In this document: positions 59,899 to 64,000 of the stretch, piece after piece
Layout of the letters: every line of letters begins with the position of its first letter
How positions within the stretch are numbered: position 1 is the first letter of the stretch
Assembly: GCA_951406725.2 (NCBI GenBank)
Contig: OX597831.1
Coordinates: 76,322,001-76,386,000, forward strand
Length of the DNA stretch: 64,000 nucleotides
Direction: 5' to 3'
Source of the DNA: Octopus vulgaris
Taxonomy: Eukaryota
Translations under genes and position numbers: made by a program
Notes under the pieces: generated by a model
What the model saw: the letters and a program-made list of their open reading frames with translations, nothing else
Database searches by the model: none
What the model was told of the DNA's origin: nothing

Positions 59899-62008
59899 TG
59901 TGAGGGAGGGAGAGAGGGGCAGGAAGAGAGAGAATGTGTATGTATGTATGTATGTATGTATGTATGTGCCACTGCGTGAGTACGTGCAATTGTGTGTGTG
60001 TGTGTGTGAGTATAAGCGTGGGTAAGTATGTGACTATGTAAGAATGTGTGTGTGAGCGAGTGTGTGTATATGTATGTGTATGTGTGTGCGTGTAAGAGAG
60101 AGGGGAGAGGGGGGAAGGATGGGAGGGAGGGAGAAGGGGGAGACATAGAGGGGGAGGGAGGGAGGGAGAGGGGGGAGGAATAGAGAGAATGTGTGTGTAT
60201 GTATATACGACTGAGTGAGTGCGCGCAATTGTGAGTGTGTGTGTGTGTATGTGAGTATAAGAGTGGGTAAGTATGTGACTGTGTAAGAATGTGTGTGTGA
60301 GCGAGTGTGTGTATATGTATGTGTATGTGTGTTTTAGTGTATTTATGTGTGAGTGTGCAAGTGTGAATGCGCTTAGCGTGGTGTGTGAGTGTGTGTAATT
60401 AGGAACATGTGTGTGAATGCGTGCGCGCACGCGTCTGTGTTTGTATGACTGTATATAAGATTGTGTGGTGCTGTGTGTATGCGTGTGTGATTCTCTGTTA
60501 ATATGTATGTGCATGTATTTGTATACGTGTGTGTATGTGTATGTATGTATTATGTAAGAGCCTATATGCGTATGTATGTGCGCGTGTGTGTGTGTGGTTC
60601 CGGCCCCTGCAATTTTGCACTGAATATTACCACAAAGTTATTTACCGCAAATGCACCCCCGCCGTTCCACCACCACCACCACCACCACCATCACCACCAC
60701 GAACGACACCACCACCACCACCACCACCATCACTACCTTCAACGCCAGCACCACCATCACTGCCACCAACAATATCCCCATCACCACCATCTTCTTGCCC
60801 GCACCTCATACCACCACTGCCACCACAACAGCTTCCCTTACTACCGTAACTACCACCACCACTACCACCGCTACCACGACACTTATACTACAACCATAGC
60901 TACTACTACCATCACAACCCAGAGTGCAATCACTAATACTACAACCGCCACGAACATTATTACCATGATGAATATTACTGCCACCGTCACTGCCACCCGA
61001 CACCACAACCATCGCCGCCACCACAACCGCAGCCACCATCACCACCGCAGCCACCACCACGACCACCACAAAACACCACCACTATCCCCATCGCCATCAT
61101 ATTTAGCAGCCGTTTTCCTCAAAAGTTCCGCCAATCGCCCTCACACCACGATACACGCTTACACAAACATCTACATATACATACACACACACACAAACAC
61201 ACACATACGGCAACATAGATTAAATGGAAAAAAAGTAGAATCATCAACAGCAACAAAGAAGGAAGAGAAGATGAAGAAGGAGGAGAAGGAGGAGGAGGAG
61301 GAGAAGAAGAAGAAGAAGAAGAAGAAGAAGAAGAAGAAGAAGAAGAAAAAGAAAAGAAGGAGAAGAAGAAGGAGAAGAAGAAGAAGAAGAAGAAGAAGAA
61401 GAAAAAGAAGGAGAAGATGAAGAAGGAGAAGATGAAGAAGGAGGAGGAGGAGAAGAAGAAGAAGAAGAAAAAGGAGGAGGAGGAGGGGGAGGAGGAGTTG
61501 AAGAAGAGAAGAGAAGAGAAGAAGAAGATGAAAAAGAAGAAGAAGAAGAAGAAGAAAAAGAAGGAGAAGAAGAAGAAGGAGGAGGAGGAAAAGAAGAAGA
61601 AAAAGGAGGAGGAGGAGTTGAAGAAGAGAAGAAGAAAATGAAGAAGAAGAAGGAGAAGAAGGAGAAGAAGGAACAGAAGACAAAGAAAGATGAGGAAAAG
61701 AAGAGAAGAAGAAAAAGAAGCATATATATATATGTGTGTATGTATGTATGTATGTATGTATGTATGTATGTGTGTATGTATGTATATGTTTGTGTGTCTG
61801 TGTTTGTTCCCCCGCCATTGGTTGACAACCGATGTTGGTGTGTTTGCGTCCACGTAACTTAGCGGTTCGGCAAAAGAGACCCGATAGAATAAGTACCAGG
61901 CTTACAAAGAATAAGTCCTGGAATCGATCTGTCCGACTAAAGGCGGTGCCTCAGCTTGGTTGTAGTCAAAAGACTGAAACAAATAGAAAAACCAAAAGAA
62001 CGTATATA

Positions 62009-62055
<47 letters not shown>

Positions 62056-62057
<2 letters not shown>

Positions 62058-62274
62058 GGAGTGAACACATAAATGTGAAACAAGGTGGAAAAAAGTACTC
62101 AAATACCAGTGGTAGAGTAATATGCTTTATTTAAAGTAGCAGAAAATTCAACAAAACCTGTTACTCGGAGTCTCACGTTCCCGTTCGTCGGACAGAGCAA
62201 GAACTGTCCGACGAACGGGAACGTGAGACTCAGAGTAACAGGTTTTGTTGAATTTTCTGCTACTTTAAATAAAG
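62056..62274 (-). mobile_element. HHR fold-back element, family copy 2
   Basis: 71-bp arms 62125-62195 / 62204-62274, tail 62056-62124, (TA)n on both sides; homologous to 39716-39925. Confidence 0.88.
62158..62241. ncRNA. Back-to-back hammerhead variants (62158-62195 minus; 62204-62241 plus)
   Basis: CTGT CCGACGA ACG GGAA CGT GAGAC TCAGA GTA ACAG; GAAA changed to GAGA in both arms. Confidence 0.62.
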
Positions 62275-62330
<56 letters not shown>

Positions 62331-62335
<5 letters not shown>

Positions 62336-62456
62336 CAATTATTAGGTAGCCATCTCTTCGGTCATCTGGCCATATAACCAAAGAGATGGTGGTGTGAATT
62401 TCCACCTCGGCATCCGAAACTCAGAGTTTTATCTTGGCTACCTAATAATTGTCGCA
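62331..62456. mobile_element. Mini fold-back element with HHR 3' half
   Basis: Arms TGTGACAATTATTAGGTAGCCA / TGGCTACCTAATAATTGTCGCA; internal GAAACTCAGAGTT. Confidence 0.55.
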
Positions 62457-62459
62457 TAT

Positions 62460-62501
<42 letters not shown>

Positions 62502-64000
62502 CTATGGCGTATGTGTTCCCCAGCTGGACGGGATGACAGTCAATCGCAGCGTTACTTATTTTTGCCAGCTGAGTAGACTGGAGGAACGTGAAATGAAGGT
62601 TTTTTTGCACTCGTGCAACATGCTTCCATCTCTTTCGGAACGTGCACTCCGACAGGCATCTCTTCTCCAGCCACACTTTACTTTTCAAATGACAAGAAAA
62701 ACTTATCGTAAATTGTGGCCCGAGATAAAGTTGCCTGTCTCAATCCCTTTCATCAGTCTTCCATACTGCCTCGATCTGAGCGGTGCATGTCGATCATGAC
62801 ATGACATGACATGACATGACATGACATGACAATTAGCCGAGGTCGACTTTGCCTTTCATCATTTCGAGGTTGATAAATTAAGTACCAGTGAAACACTGGA
62901 GTCGATGTAATCGCCTGACCTCTCCACAAATTTCATTCCTTGTTCGTATAATAGAAAGGGTTATTATTATTGTCGTTGTTGTTGTCGCTGTTGCTGTTGT
63001 TGCTAATGTGGTGGCGGCGGCTGTTGCTATTATTGTTGTTGCTGTTGTTGTCTGAACTTAAAATTAGCTGTTGTAGTTTAGGACAGGGCTGGTTGGGGTG
63101 ACCAAAATGTTATGATAACCCTGCAAACGGCAAACTACAGGTGCAGGTATCCTAGAAACTTGAAGTGGCCGGCGGTCTGAAAAGCACCGACATAAATACA
63201 TCGTAATTAGCACTAAAGCCGCAAACGGAAAAGACGAGTAGTTGCGGATCAAAGAATTTATCTTCATTACAAACTAGCTAAATCGTATAAAGCCTGTTCA
63301 CTAATCTAAAACCGCCCGCCTCCTGCCATTCCCACGGGGCGACAGATAGAGTCTATTAATCTTGTCCAGTGCTCTCACACACGTGATCTTCATCTTATCT
63401 GTTGGCAATAGATATTCAACAACGCTACTGTGACACGTTACCCATGCTAAACATTTTACGGCTCCGCTTTCTTCACAGAGACGTCCCTTCGGTCTCATCT
63501 TTCCTTGCAAAGGGGTTTTCTTACCCGAAATATCGGATTTTTAGATGTTTTCAGGTAAAAGTTGAATATTTTATTCATTTATTTTTGTTTATATCTAATA
63601 TTTTCCAAACTGAAATACCGTGGCTTTCTAAATCACTGCGTGTATGTATATAGTGATGTTTTTTTTCGTTTTTTTTTTCTTTTCTTGTTTCAGCTCAGAG
63701 CTGCGGCCATGCTGATGCACCGCCGTTTGGTTATTATGTAGAGCGAAAGTGATCTCAAATTTATGTCCATGGCCAGCAGTTTCGAGGATGGAGTAAGCCG
63801 ATTACATCGGCCTCAGTTCTCAACTGAAATATAGTTTATCGACTCCGAAAATATGAAAGGCAAAGGTGATCTCGGCGGAGTTTGAACTCAGAACTTAAAG
63901 ACGGACAAAATGCTTCCGACGCGCTAACGATTCTGCCAACTCACTTTCTTTATGTTGAGTTATTATAAAAACAATTTAACATTAAACTGAAGAAGTACTC

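Noticed and set aside
63985-64000. CTGAAGA..AGTACTC at the window edge
   Set aside because: Truncated by the window end and cannot be evaluated.

Overview
Eukaryotic, AT-rich, microsatellite-saturated non-genic DNA. The SINE repertoire and repeat landscape are most consistent with an octopus (cephalopod) intergenic or intronic region; this is an inference from recognising repeat types, with no database check. No host protein-coding exon could be supported, and almost all ORFs in the track are microsatellite translation artefacts. Real coding remnants are a near-complete mariner (DD34D) transposon, a Tc1 (DD34E) transposon with an internal tandem duplication, a mariner fragment, and a cluster of R4/Dong-type non-LTR 3' ends (restriction-like endonuclease), each sitting in a microsatellite. 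At least four tRNA-derived SINE families, several MITEs and two Helitron-like ends are also present. The main hidden signal is about ten type-I hammerhead ribozyme (HHR) motifs from about nine sequence-unrelated families. They lie in short, ORF-less elements mostly embedded in (TA)n. Many of these elements are fold-backs: an inverted arm plus an unpaired tail, and several families carry a shared AGTAC-type motif near the terminus. This is the architecture expected of non-autonomous Penelope-like retroelements. The set includes recurrent core variants (U4C, non-canonical 10.1-11.1 pair, extra purine after A9), very long stem II hairpins, and one member with a tRNA-derived Pol III head.
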